From Bradymonadales bacterium (GTDB taxonomy: Bacteria; Bdellovibrionota; UBA2394), in contig REDG01000037.1 of the NCBI GenBank assembly GCA_007693605.1, forward strand, positions 1-32,153: a stretch of DNA of 32,153 nt. Reading direction: 5' to 3'. The position numbers were made by a program, and so were the translations under genes. The number at the start of each line of letters is the position of its first letter. Position 1 is the first letter of the stretch. The notes beneath the pieces were generated by a model. It saw only the letters and a list, made by a program, of their open reading frames with translations. It ran no database searches and was not told the DNA's origin. Shown piece by piece: positions 18,082 through 27,515 of this stretch.

Positions 18082-18372
18082 TCAATCTCTACAGTCTTGG
18101 GCGCCTCTTGGCAGCCTGGGCCACAAAGAGTTGTCAAAATCAAAGGAGATCTGAGCTTCTGGGTAGAATCGATTCTGATCGCGAGCTTCTCGACAAAACT
18201 CTCGGCCCCCTGACTGGAGGTCCGATTGATGGAGCTTCAACTGCCACTGCCTTGCAAGCCTTAGACCTCGAAAGCTCTCTTGATAGAACTGAAGCAAAAA
18301 CAGAAAGAGAAAGCTCAAAAGAAAAATGGGCAAGAGCATCTCAAAGCTGAGGATCGCACGAGAGGATTTCAA
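18082..18372 (-). CDS. Small pilin/TadE-like membrane-anchored protein
   Basis: Short basic leader, then RA|ILSFEMLL (Glu at +5) and a hydrophobic helix. 4 bp overlap with the upstream gene. Confidence 0.5.
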   Translation of the reverse strand: MKSSRAILSFEMLLPIFLLSFLFLFLLQFYQESFRGLRLARQWQLKLHQSDLQSGGREFCREARDQNRFYPEAQISFDFDNSLWPRLPRGAQDCRD

Positions 18373-19115
18373 GTCATTCGCTCCACTTCAAAGTTTTCGT
18401 TGATCCAAAGCACTCGACAGGCCGAACTGAGGCTTGCGCCAAAGAAGCTTCGATGCTGATCGGCCCGATATCTCTGTGGCCTTCGCTTTGCCGAGAGTTG
18501 ATAGACTTGAGATTCTTTGGTTTGCAGAGCATAGGGCCATCGAATATGAAAACCAAAAAGAGCCTGCACTTTTCTTTGAAGACTCTTGTCTCTCTCTGAC
18601 AGAAAGCGATCGAAGGCCTCAGGAATCATTTGTTTCGTGTGAGAGTCCCATTTTGCATTCAGTTTGTGTCGAACGGATAGACTGAGAAGCTGTACTTCAA
18701 TCTGATTTTCAATTCGAAGCTGCTCTCGTAGGTTGAAGTGATTGGCGGGCCAAAGCACCAAGATTGAATGGTTTTGAAATTGCTCCAGCAGCTTGCCTGC
18801 TTCACTGAGGGCGCTGAAGCTCGCCAGGCATTTGGCGAAGAACTTCTTGCCTAAAACGGGCAGCCTTGAAAGCCCAATACAAGGGGGCGTGAGTATATTC
18901 ATGCTTGTTTGTAGGCCCTGAATGCCTCGATTTCCCCAGAAGTAAGACTGAGAGACGGCCTTGGTGGTTTGATGGCAAAGGCTCCAGCTCAAACTGTCGA
19001 GCTGAGTCTGTTCAATGGTCGAGCGACGACTGTGTGCCAGCTCGTGTAAACTCCACCACAAGAGACTGATCGCCAGCGTCCCAATGACGACGGCTAGGGC
19101 AAGACTTTTAAACAT
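18369..19115 (-). CDS. Hypothetical protein with N-terminal TM helix, weakly TadG/pseudopilin-like
   Basis: TM helix followed by EQTQLDSLSWS (resembles the LQxAxDxAA motif of Tad domains) and paired cysteines. Confidence 0.5.
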   Translation of the reverse strand: MFKSLALAVVIGTLAISLLWWSLHELAHSRRSTIEQTQLDSLSWSLCHQTTKAVSQSYFWGNRGIQGLQTSMNILTPPCIGLSRLPVLGKKFFAKCLASFSALSEAGKLLEQFQNHSILVLWPANHFNLREQLRIENQIEVQLLSLSVRHKLNAKWDSHTKQMIPEAFDRFLSERDKSLQRKVQALFGFHIRWPYALQTKESQVYQLSAKRRPQRYRADQHRSFFGASLSSACRVLWINENFEVERMT

Positions 19116-19279
19116 GACAAAGAGGCAAGCCTTGCAATGAATGGGCTGAGGCTAGAGTGCTTGAGGATGGGGCATAGGCTGGTCTTTGAGGCCGGAAAGC
19201 GAAAGAAATTCCGGCCCCCCCAAGCATTGACAGATTGCTGAATTCTGGTCACTTAGAGCTACAGAAAAGGAGAAGGTCC

Positions 19280-20374
19280 GTGATTATTGGAGTTCCAAAA
19301 GAGATTAAAGACAACGAACATCGAGTGGGCTTGACCCCCGCCGGGGCAACTCTGTTGACTCAGGATGGTCACGAAGTGATTGTTCAAAAGGCCGCTGGGT
19401 TGGGCAGTGGATTGAGTGACGAGCAATACCTTCAAGCAGGTGCGAAGATTGTGGATTCCGCTGCGGATGTTTTCGAACGGGCTGAACTGGTCGTTAAAGT
19501 CAAAGAGCCTCAGATGAATGAGGTCTCTATGATGAGAGAAGGGCAAATCTTATTCACTTACCTACATTTGGCTCCTGTACCGGAGCTGACGAAGGCCCTT
19601 CTGGGGCAGAAGATTTCGGCTGTCGCCTATGAAACCATCGAGCTGCCCGACGGGTCGCTTCCCTTGCTTCGCCCCATGTCAGAAGTGGCGGGTCGATTGT
19701 CTGTGCAGATTGGGGCCCAATACCTTCAGAGAGACAAAGGCGGCAGCGGCGTTCTGCTTGGGGGTGTGCCTGGCGTTAAACAGGGTCGAGTAACGGTGAT
19801 CGGAGCGGGCATTGTGGGAATGAACGCGATCAAGATGGCGGTCGGCTTGGGTGCCGATGTCTCGGTTTTTGATTTGAGTCCGTTGAGACTGGCTTATTTG
19901 GATGATATCTACGGTGGACGAATCACGACCATTGTATCCAATCCAGAGGCGGTGGCCGAAGAAGTGGCTCTCTCTGATTTGTTGATTGGAGCTGTTTTGG
20001 TGACGGGGGCTCGGTCTCCAAGAGTGGTCACTCGCCAAATGCTTTCGGAAATGCGACCGAACTCGGTGGCAGTCGATGTGTCAGTCGACCAAGGGGGTTG
20101 TTTTGAAAGTACGAAGCCCACGACCCATACCAACCCCACCTATTTCGACAGCGGAGTTTTGCACTATTGTGTTTCGAATATTCCAGGAGCCGTCTCTCGC
20201 ACGAGTACTTTTGCTCTCACCAATGTGACTTTGCCCTACTTGAGAAAACTGGCGGGCTTAGGCCTGAGAAAAGCCTTGAAGGATGATCCCGCTCTCGCAA
20301 AGGGCCTAAATGTCCACGCCGGTGAGATTACTCAAAAAGCCGTGGCCGAAGCCTACGAAAACTTCCAAGATTAA
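19280..20374 (+). CDS. ald: Alanine dehydrogenase
   Basis: AAGGAG RBS then GTG at 19280. Motifs [36 protein letters not shown] and DVSVDQGGC. Confidence 0.96.
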   Translation: MIIGVPKEIKDNEHRVGLTPAGATLLTQDGHEVIVQKAAGLGSGLSDEQYLQAGAKIVDSAADVFERAELVVKVKEPQMNEVSMMREGQILFTYLHLAPVPELTKALLGQKISAVAYETIELPDGSLPLLRPMSEVAGRLSVQIGAQYLQRDKGGSGVLLGGVPGVKQGRVTVIGAGIVGMNAIKMAVGLGADVSVFDLSPLRLAYLDDIYGGRITTIVSNPEAVAEEVALSDLLIGAVLVTGARSPRVVTRQMLSEMRPNSVAVDVSVDQGGCFESTKPTTHTNPTYFDSGVLHYCVSNIPGAVSRTSTFALTNVTLPYLRKLAGLGLRKALKDDPALAKGLNVHAGEITQKAVAEAYENFQD

Positions 20375-20438
20375 GGGTCGGGGGTCGAAAGTGACCCACA
20401 AGACAAGGTTATTATTGCACATTAATCTCCCGACCCCT
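20375..20438. repeat. Short inverted-repeat-bounded element after ald
   Basis: Left GGGTCGGGGGTCGAAAGTG and right (reverse complement) GGGGTCGGGAGATTAATGTGC. A related motif GGGGTCGGGAGACGAAAGTGC occurs at 7622-7642. Confidence 0.55.
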
Positions 20439-20509
20439 CATGCTGCGCTGCAGAGGGGCATTTGGCCACAATTCTCAAAGCTGATTATAATAAGAGTGGG
20501 TGATGCTAG

Positions 20510-21277
20510 GTGGATTCTTCACGAATACTCTTTTGTGATTATGACGGTGAGTTTGAATTCGCCGATAAGCTGACGAGAGTGGGTTATCTGGTCGATCAGA
20601 TTCGGCCAGAGGCTTTGCGATCGGTAACAGTGGGCGAGCACGCCGTCTTCATTTTGTCTTTTGTTGAAGAAGAGAGTTGTAAAAAAGCACTAAGGGTCTG
20701 CGAAAAGCTTAAAGAGGCCGAGCTGAACACCCCTCTCGTATTGGTTTATCGTTCTGGCCAAGACCCCAGTTTTTTGAATCATCAATCAGAGAAAAAGGCG
20801 GCCGACGCTTATCTCTTAAATCCGGTGTCAGAGGCCCCCTTGCTGGATTCTTTAGCAGAAAGAATTGGGCTGCCACCCGCAAGGTTTTTAGCCAAAGAAA
20901 AAAAGATTCTGATCGAGCGAGACGAAGAATCTGAAGAGAAAATCAAGGCGCTTGAAGAGGAGCTTCATCGACTTCGAGGCGAGGCCACTTCACTAGATAA
21001 AGCTCTCGAAGCTCAAAGAAACTTCTATAAGCCGAGATTAAAGGCCTTGCTAGAGGGTCAAAAGGCCGAGAAGCAAACCGAGGCAGAGAAAATGCAGGTT
21101 CGGCTCTCTGAACTGGAGGCGAAGTTGATGGATCGAGAGGCCAGGCTCAAGGAGCTTGAGCAAAGTCGAAAGTCGAGCCAGATGAAAATCGAAAAGCTCA
21201 TGGCCGCCCATCAGCAAGCGCAAGCAAGCCTGCGACAGTTCTATCAGAACAAGATCAAACTTCTTTCGAAAAACTAA
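20510..21277 (+). CDS. Atypical (pseudo)receiver domain plus coiled-coil protein
   Basis: Receiver-like pattern RILFCD...VFILS...LRVCEKLK...TPLVLV...ADAYLLNP, then a long heptad coiled coil. TATAAT at 20486-20491 upstream. Confidence 0.75.
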   Translation: MDSSRILFCDYDGEFEFADKLTRVGYLVDQIRPEALRSVTVGEHAVFILSFVEEESCKKALRVCEKLKEAELNTPLVLVYRSGQDPSFLNHQSEKKAADAYLLNPVSEAPLLDSLAERIGLPPARFLAKEKKILIERDEESEEKIKALEEELHRLRGEATSLDKALEAQRNFYKPRLKALLEGQKAEKQTEAEKMQVRLSELEAKLMDREARLKELEQSRKSSQMKIEKLMAAHQQAQASLRQFYQNKIKLLSKN

Positions 21278-21315
21278 TTGTGAAGAACCAAAACTTGTCT
21301 TAGAGCCAGCAAGAA

Positions 21316-22005
21316 GTGTGGACGGCTTTGAAAGATTTTGTTCTCCCCCTGTGTGGAAACTGTGAGTCTGCGTCGGCTTCTTATTTTTGCCAGCCCTGTC
21401 GAGACAGGCTGGCCTTCAAAAATGTCTGTCCTCTTTGTGGCCAAGAGGGTTTGGCCCATTGTCAGAGCACTTGTCTTTCGTGCCAGAATGAGACGACTCC
21501 TTGGGACAAATTGAAGATTTCCTTTGTTTATCGTGACGGCGTGATTCAATGGATTCGAAAGATCAAAGATCAGTCTCGGCCTGAGCTTTGGCGGGTTGTG
21601 TCGAAAGAGGATGTGATGGAGTTTCAAGATCGAATCGATGCGGTGCTGCCCCTGCCGAGCGATCCCTTGAAGCGACGAAAACGGGGTTATGGGTCTTCTG
21701 AGCTTTTGGCTCGTCGTATTGCGAAGCTCTTGAACAGCGATTTCATTGAACTTTTTGATCGCAAACCGAGCTTTAAGAGTCAACGAGATCGAAGCCTCTA
21801 CGAGAGATATGCCGAGCTTCGTTCAGAAATCTCCCTGAAGCCTCATCAGAAGATCCCCCCTGGCAAGCTCCTTTTGGTAGACGATGTGATGACCACGGGG
21901 GCGAGTCTTTGGATTTGTGCCGAGATTTTACAAGCCAAGGCCGTAGAGCTTGAGGCCTTTGTGGTTGCCCGCGTTCCTAAGGCAAAGCCTTGTCATTTTT
22001 CTTAA
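21316..22005 (+). CDS. comF: ComF family protein (double zinc ribbon + PRTase domain)
   Basis: Four CxxC pairs, LPLP, RKRGY and LLLVDDVMTTGASL. Confidence 0.9.
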   Translation: MWTALKDFVLPLCGNCESASASYFCQPCRDRLAFKNVCPLCGQEGLAHCQSTCLSCQNETTPWDKLKISFVYRDGVIQWIRKIKDQSRPELWRVVSKEDVMEFQDRIDAVLPLPSDPLKRRKRGYGSSELLARRIAKLLNSDFIELFDRKPSFKSQRDRSLYERYAELRSEISLKPHQKIPPGKLLLVDDVMTTGASLWICAEILQAKAVELEAFVVARVPKAKPCHFS

Positions 22006-22024
22006 GATGGAAGAAAAAGGAGGG

Positions 22025-23437
22025 ATGTCAGCTGAAAGAAAATGCCGAGCCATTGTGATGGCTGCTGGGGCGAGCACTCGAATGAAGTCTGAGCGCTCTA
22101 AACTTTTGCAGCCGGTGCTGGGTAGGTCGATGATTCGGCGTGCCTATGATTTAGCGGCCAGCATCAGTACAGAGAAGCCTTTGTTTGTTTTGGGTCATCA
22201 GATTGAGCCGGTAAAGAGAGACTTAGAAGAGTATTCTGCTGATTTCGAGTTTTGTGAGCAAAGGGAAGCTCGGGGCACTGGAGACGCCGTTCGCGTGGCA
22301 ATGAAGTGGCTTGAGAAGAACTCAAGTCAAGACGAGCAGCTTTTCATCTTTGGTGGAGATACGATTACGATTAAGCCAGAGCGGCTTGCTGAACTTCAAC
22401 AGCTTCACGACAAGTCAAAGTCTGTCTTGTCTTTTATCACGGCGGAACTTTCTGACCCCAGGCATTATGGTCGAGTCTTGAGATCAGAGGCTGGTGTGCC
22501 TGTCAAAATTGTTGAATACAAAGACGCCTCGCCCGAAGAGAAGAGAATCCCTGAAATCAATGTTGGATTTTATCTGGTTGCGAAGTCCAATCTGATTCGC
22601 TTTCTGGACAATCTCAAGGCGAGCGAAAAGACAGAAGAGTTTTATCTCACAGATATGCTCGAATTTTTTAGTTCGAAGGCTCAGTTGATTCAGGCGCATT
22701 GTTTGGCAGATGTCACTGAGGCTCTGGGCATCAACTCTTTTTGGGAGTTGGCTCAAGTAGAAGAGGTGCTTTTGAGCCGATGGTTGAAGACGCTCTCAGA
22801 GTCGGGCGTTCGTTTTTTGAAGCCCGACTCTCAGTATATTGAGGACTCTGTTAGGATTGAGGCCGGCGTAGAGATTGGGCCGAGCTGTTTGCTGCGGGGG
22901 GATACCAAGATCGCGTCCGGAGCGAGAATCGGTTCAAATTGTGTGATTGATAGCTCGAGTATTGCCAAAGGGGCTCAGGTCCTAGACTTCTCCCATTTGG
23001 AGAAGGCTCGCTTAGGTCCAGACTCTCGGGTGGGGCCCTATGCGCGACTTCGGCCAGATTCCGTTCTTGAAGGCTCGGCTCGGGTCGGAAATTTTGTGGA
23101 GCTAAAAAACACCAGGCTAGAGGCAGGAGCGAAAGTAAATCACTTGAGCTACGTCGGAGATGCAGAAATCGGAGAGAACACGAATGTTGGGGCCGGCACG
23201 ATTACTTGTAACTATGACGGTTTCAAAAAATCAAAAACCCTTCTGGGTAAAAATGTTTTTGTGGGGTCGAATAGTTCTCTAGTGGCTCCGCTAAAGGTTG
23301 GCGATTCAGCGATCATTGGCGCGGGCTCTGTGATTTCAAAAGATGTCGAGTCTGGCGCGCTGGCGGTCGAGCGCTCAGAGCAAGTGAACCGACTAGGCGG
23401 GGCCGACTCGTTTCGAAATCGAAGAAAGGAAGTTTAG
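22025..23437 (+). CDS. glmU: Bifunctional UDP-GlcNAc pyrophosphorylase / glucosamine-1-phosphate acetyltransferase
   Basis: AGGAGG RBS before ATG 22025. Motifs AAGASTRMKS, GTGDAV, EFYLTD, hexapeptide repeats, GNFVELK, HLSYVGDA and ITCNYDG. Confidence 0.96.
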   Translation: MSAERKCRAIVMAAGASTRMKSERSKLLQPVLGRSMIRRAYDLAASISTEKPLFVLGHQIEPVKRDLEEYSADFEFCEQREARGTGDAVRVAMKWLEKNSSQDEQLFIFGGDTITIKPERLAELQQLHDKSKSVLSFITAELSDPRHYGRVLRSEAGVPVKIVEYKDASPEEKRIPEINVGFYLVAKSNLIRFLDNLKASEKTEEFYLTDMLEFFSSKAQLIQAHCLADVTEALGINSFWELAQVEEVLLSRWLKTLSESGVRFLKPDSQYIEDSVRIEAGVEIGPSCLLRGDTKIASGARIGSNCVIDSSSIAKGAQVLDFSHLEKARLGPDSRVGPYARLRPDSVLEGSARVGNFVELKNTRLEAGAKVNHLSYVGDAEIGENTNVGAGTITCNYDGFKKSKTLLGKNVFVGSNSSLVAPLKVGDSAIIGAGSVISKDVESGALAVERSEQVNRLGGADSFRNRRKEV

Positions 23438-23440
23438 AGC

Positions 23441-25273
23441 ATGTGTGGAATTGTAGCCTATGTGGGAGAGAGGGAGGCCAGCCCAATTGTTCTGTCTGCT
23501 TTGCGGCGACTAGAGTATCGAGGCTATGACTCTGCTGGAATTGCCGGCCTTGTGACTCAAGGGGGCCTGCCCTTTGAGGTGCGCCGCTGTGAAGGAAGTA
23601 TCGACCGACTAGAAGCACTCATTTCGAGGCAACCGATTTTAGGGACGGCTGCGATCGGTCATACCCGCTGGGCGACCCATGGGCGACCCTCCGAGCGAAA
23701 CGCACATCCTCATCGATATCAAGAAGTGGTGGTGGTTCATAATGGCATTATTGAAAACTACCGAAAAATCAAAGAGTCCTTGAAGGGGCATCGCTTTGAA
23801 TCGGAGACAGATTCTGAGGTGATTGCCCACTTGTTTCAAAAGGAGCTAGATCGCTCGGGCAGTTTTGAAGAGAGCTGCTTTCGGGTGGTGAAGAAGCTCG
23901 AGGGGGCCTTTGCTTTGGCGGTGATGTGGACAAAGGCGCCCGGAAAATTGTTTGTCGCCAAGAATCATTGCCCTCTTTTGTTGGGCCTCGGAAAGGGTGA
24001 GAGCTTTGTGGCCTCTGATATCCCCGCCCTCTTGGAGTACACCAGAGACTTTGTGATTTTAGAAGACGGCGAACTAGCCTTTGTCGAAAAATCGGGGGCG
24101 AAAGTTTATGATTTTGAGGGGAAACTTCTTACCAAGAAGACTCGCAGAATTGAGTGGTCCTTAAAGGCAGCTGAGAAAGACGGCTATGAGCACTTTATGC
24201 TCAAAGAGATTCATGAGCAGCCCCGAGTTTTTCAAGACTCGCTGCGATCGCGAATTGCCAAAGACTTAGAGTCCGTCGTTTTTGATGAATTGTCTTGGAA
24301 AGATAAAGATTGGAAGTCATTCAAGCGGGTGAGTTTGGTGGGGTGTGGCTCTGCTTGGCATGCCGGCTTGGTGGGCCGCTATTGGATCGAGCAGATTGCG
24401 AAGATTCCGGCCGAGGTCGACTTGGGCTCCGAATTTCGATATCGACAGCCCGTACTGCCTGAAAAAACTTTAAGTGTTGCGATATCGCAATCAGGAGAGA
24501 CCGCCGACACCCTCGCGGCCTTGCAAGAGGCTAAAAGAAGATCGGCCAGTTTGCTGGCGATCACTAATACAGTCGAGAGCTCACTGTCTCGTCTTGCAAA
24601 AAATGTTTTGTACACTTACGCCGGACCAGAGATTTCGGTGGCTTCGACAAAGTGCTTCACGGCACAACTTTCTGTGCTTTTGCTGGTCGCTCTGAAGCTG
24701 GCAAGCGTTCACAAAACTCGTTCAGCGAGCTGGATGAAAAAAGCCTTGAAGGCCGTGCATGCATTTCCTCGAAGCATTGAAGAGCTTTTGAAGTCTGAGC
24801 TAGAGATTAAAGCGGCAGCTGAACACTTCAAGTCGGGTTCGGAGTATTTTTATCTGGGCCGAGGCCTTCATTACCCGATCGCTCTGGAGGGGGCCTTGAA
24901 GTTAAAGGAAATTGCCTATATCAATACTCAAGCTTACCCGGCAGGAGAGATGAAGCACGGGCCGATTGCTCTGATCTCTAGTGCTTGGCCGGTGGTCTGT
25001 GTTGCTCCCAACTCTGAAGTCTTGCCGAAATTCATTTCGAATATTGAAGAAGTGAGGGCGCGAGGCGGAAGAATTCTTTGTTTCGGAACGGCAGGAAATC
25101 GAGAACTGGAGTCCCTATCAGAGGTCTTCATTCCGATACCGGAAGTGAGAGAGGAGTTGAGCCCGATTCTCGTCAATATCGCGTTGCAGCTCTTCGCTTA
25201 TCATATGAGCGTTCTAAGGGGCTGCAATGTCGACAAGCCAAGAAATCTCGCCAAGTCCGTAACGGTGGAGTAG
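23441..25273 (+). CDS. glmS: Glutamine-fructose-6-phosphate aminotransferase
   Basis: MCGIV, LEYRGYDSAG, GHTRWATHG, SQSGETADT and the C-terminus PRNLAKSVTVE. Confidence 0.98.
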   Translation: MCGIVAYVGEREASPIVLSALRRLEYRGYDSAGIAGLVTQGGLPFEVRRCEGSIDRLEALISRQPILGTAAIGHTRWATHGRPSERNAHPHRYQEVVVVHNGIIENYRKIKESLKGHRFESETDSEVIAHLFQKELDRSGSFEESCFRVVKKLEGAFALAVMWTKAPGKLFVAKNHCPLLLGLGKGESFVASDIPALLEYTRDFVILEDGELAFVEKSGAKVYDFEGKLLTKKTRRIEWSLKAAEKDGYEHFMLKEIHEQPRVFQDSLRSRIAKDLESVVFDELSWKDKDWKSFKRVSLVGCGSAWHAGLVGRYWIEQIAKIPAEVDLGSEFRYRQPVLPEKTLSVAISQSGETADTLAALQEAKRRSASLLAITNTVESSLSRLAKNVLYTYAGPEISVASTKCFTAQLSVLLLVALKLASVHKTRSASWMKKALKAVHAFPRSIEELLKSELEIKAAAEHFKSGSEYFYLGRGLHYPIALEGALKLKEIAYINTQAYPAGEMKHGPIALISSAWPVVCVAPNSEVLPKFISNIEEVRARGGRILCFGTAGNRELESLSEVFIPIPEVREELSPILVNIALQLFAYHMSVLRGCNVDKPRNLAKSVTVE

Positions 25274-25303
25274 ATTCTTTGCTTGTCCTTTAGAAGCGTT
25301 TGA

Positions 25304-25732
25304 CTAGAGCAGTTTCTTTGGCTGAGAAGAGCCGAAAAACTCCTCAATGATTTTCTTAGAAACACTAATGATTTGCTTGTTTCTAAGGTAAACGACATAG
25401 GCGTCGAGAATTTTTTTGGTGCCATCATTGAGGTCTTCAAATTGCACGCCAAACCCGAGTTGGTCTCGATTCTTTCGGCGACTAACCGCCCAATTGACTC
25501 GAACGACCTTGGCCTTCAGCGATAAATCTCCCAAATCCCCTGGCAGCTTAATCTGTACGCGGAGATCGGTTTTCGGGGCTAAAACTTGTTCGGTCTTCAA
25601 AAACATTCCTTCAGCGGTGATATCCCCAACGCTGGCTTCTCTCATCTCTGAGTCCACAAAATAGTGCAATTTCTCTGATAACAGAGGAATTCGAATTCCA
25701 GCTCGTTTCTCTTTTTTTCCCATGCTTTTCAT
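25304..25732 (-). CDS. PilZ-domain (c-di-GMP receptor) protein
   Basis: RxxxR (RAGIR) and DxT/SxxG (DITAEG) motifs and the ending FGVQF. Start re-called at ATG 25732 (alternatively 25723). Confidence 0.85.
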   Translation of the reverse strand: MKSMGKKEKRAGIRIPLLSEKLHYFVDSEMREASVGDITAEGMFLKTEQVLAPKTDLRVQIKLPGDLGDLSLKAKVVRVNWAVSRRKNRDQLGFGVQFEDLNDGTKKILDAYVVYLRNKQIISVSKKIIEEFFGSSQPKKLL

Positions 25733-25809
25733 CTTATTCAACCCCCGATTCTTCGAGTCATAACCTGAATTTGCTCTTGTGTTAATTCGTTTCTCTTCTA
25801 CTAGCTTAT

Positions 25810-25825
25810 TGCAAAGCCCGTACCA
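25810..25825 (-). promoter_or_regulatory. Sigma54 (-24/-12) promoter for the PilZ gene
   Basis: Minus strand TGGTAC-GGGCT-TTGCA (GG-N10-GC), about 80 bp upstream of the re-called start. Confidence 0.65.
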
Positions 25826-25959
25826 GGCCCAAAAGGCCAATAGTCCCCGAAATTCGCAACTTGAGACATCTTTGCTGCGACATGGCAGGGCGTTTTTTGC
25901 GACAAACTTGCTACACTTTTGCATAGAGGAAGGCAGGGGGCTCAAGCTAAAGTGGGGGA

Positions 25960-26829
25960 ATGATGAATGCGATGCGCGTCCTTTTGGCAGATGAGTCGAT
26001 CACCACCCAGAAGTTGGTCAATGTGACTTTGGCGGGCAAGGTGCAAGAAGTGATCTTTGCCAACGACTCTCAGGACTCTCTTCTAAAGGCCAGAAGACTG
26101 AGACCGGAGCTTGTTCTGGTGGACTCGCAACTCCCGCCTGAAAGGGGTCTGAGCCTTTGTGAAAAGCTGAGGTCTGAGGGTCTGAAGGCCAAGTTTATTC
26201 TGATTACAAGAGAGGAAGAGGAGGGGCAGTTTCGAGGCCATCCTTTATTGGATTCAGTTCTGCCGAAACCCTTCAATTCAGATCAGTTGATGCATTCCAT
26301 CGCAGAAGCCTTGGGTCAGGAGCTGCCGCAAGATGAGGCTGAAGAAGTCACTCATGTGGCCGCAGCGTCTGCGCCTGAGACGGTAGCGCCTTCGGGGACT
26401 TCCGATTCCTCTCAAGGCTTGAGGCCAACGCCTGGTCCTTTTAGCTCGTTTCGCCAAGCAGAAGAGGGGGGGCGAGGGTCGACCCTGGCAGTAGAGCCTG
26501 AAATTGCCGGAGGCCTTTCAGATAAGTTGGCAGCCATTGCTTCAGAGGTCTTTCCGACAGCCTCTACAGAGAGTGAAGAGCGAGAGGATTTTGTTTCGAA
26601 AAACCCTTTCGAAGATCTCGAGCGTGAGTCTCCGAAACCTCCTGCATCGGTCGAGCCGAGTTCAGAGGCCGCTCCTATCGATGAGGCACCGGCTCTTCCC
26701 AGCTTTTCAAAGGAAGAGTTGGTAGATCTAGCCACCAAAGAGATTCAATCCTGGATTGAGAGAGAGCTGCCTCGACTCGCAGAGAAACAATTGAAGGCGG
26801 TGATTGCCGATAAAGTTCAATCCCGATGA
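25960..26829 (+). CDS. romR: RomR-like polarity response regulator
   Basis: Receiver domain starting RVLLADESITTQK with the phospho-Asp retained (LVLVD), an acidic Pro-rich linker, and a C-terminal helix ELPRLAEKQLK. This is the RomR architecture. Confidence 0.7.
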   Translation: MMNAMRVLLADESITTQKLVNVTLAGKVQEVIFANDSQDSLLKARRLRPELVLVDSQLPPERGLSLCEKLRSEGLKAKFILITREEEEGQFRGHPLLDSVLPKPFNSDQLMHSIAEALGQELPQDEAEEVTHVAAASAPETVAPSGTSDSSQGLRPTPGPFSSFRQAEEGGRGSTLAVEPEIAGGLSDKLAAIASEVFPTASTESEEREDFVSKNPFEDLERESPKPPASVEPSSEAAPIDEAPALPSFSKEELVDLATKEIQSWIERELPRLAEKQLKAVIADKVQSR

Positions 26830-27515
26830 GACGAAAGATTCCTAGCTTTTATTTGCAGTCGGTTGATTCGACACAGACGGAAGTGGAGAGGCTTCTCGGT
26901 AGCGGGCTTCGACCCCCTTTTTTTGTGTATGCCGATCATCAGACTCAAGGTCGAGGAAGGCTGAATCGAGACTGGATCTCTTCGCCAGGAGCATCCTTAC
27001 TCATGAGCTTTGCTCTGCTTGTGGACAGTGAAGGGCTGCGAGGACTCAGTCTTCTTGTCGGCTATTCGGTTGTGAAGATTCTAGGAAGCGACCAACTTCT
27101 CTTGAAGTGGCCCAATGACATTATGTATGAAGATTCCAAGGTGGGCGGAATACTGATTCAGTCTCGAAGTCGAGAGTTGCAGGCAGAGGTGATTGTGGGG
27201 CTCGGCTTAAACCTGCGAGATATTGAGGGCAGTCCCTATCGGGCTCTGCCGGATTCGGTGGCCGCTCTTGAGCCAGAAGATTTTGCATCTCGACTGATTG
27301 GCCAGATCGAAACAAATTTGGAGCAAGGCTTCTCGGCTTTAAAGCCTTCCATTGAGGAGCTTCTTTGGAGGCGTGGCAAGTGGATTCAGCTTGCGCTTTC
27401 GGATGGTCAGATTGAAGGGGAGTTGAATGGGCTCGATCAGCATGGCCGAATCGTTTTATCTCGTGGGCAGATTGTTCATGTGAGTGCTGACGGGGAGATT
27501 CAACTTGTCTCGTAA
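26826..27515 (+). CDS. birA: Biotin-[acetyl-CoA-carboxylase] ligase, without HTH
   Basis: DSTQ, QTQGRGR, W.S, KWPND, KVGGIL and GLGLN motifs. Confidence 0.93.
   Translation: MRRKIPSFYLQSVDSTQTEVERLLGSGLRPPFFVYADHQTQGRGRLNRDWISSPGASLLMSFALLVDSEGLRGLSLLVGYSVVKILGSDQLLLKWPNDIMYEDSKVGGILIQSRSRELQAEVIVGLGLNLRDIEGSPYRALPDSVAALEPEDFASRLIGQIETNLEQGFSALKPSIEELLWRRGKWIQLALSDGQIEGELNGLDQHGRIVLSRGQIVHVSADGEIQLVS

Noticed and set aside
17522..18154. 210 aa plus-strand ORF
   Set aside because: It is antisense to real genes and reads through a promoter and repeat A2, with no protein-like features.
21274..21783. 169 aa minus-strand ORF and other short shadow ORFs
   Set aside because: They lie antisense to or inside well-supported genes, here comF.
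23270..23440. glmS ribozyme
   Set aside because: glmS starts 3 bp after the glmU stop, leaving no leader.
25733..25945. N-terminal extension of the PilZ ORF
   Set aside because: It covers the divergent promoter region including a sigma54 site, and the PilZ motifs start right after ATG 25732.
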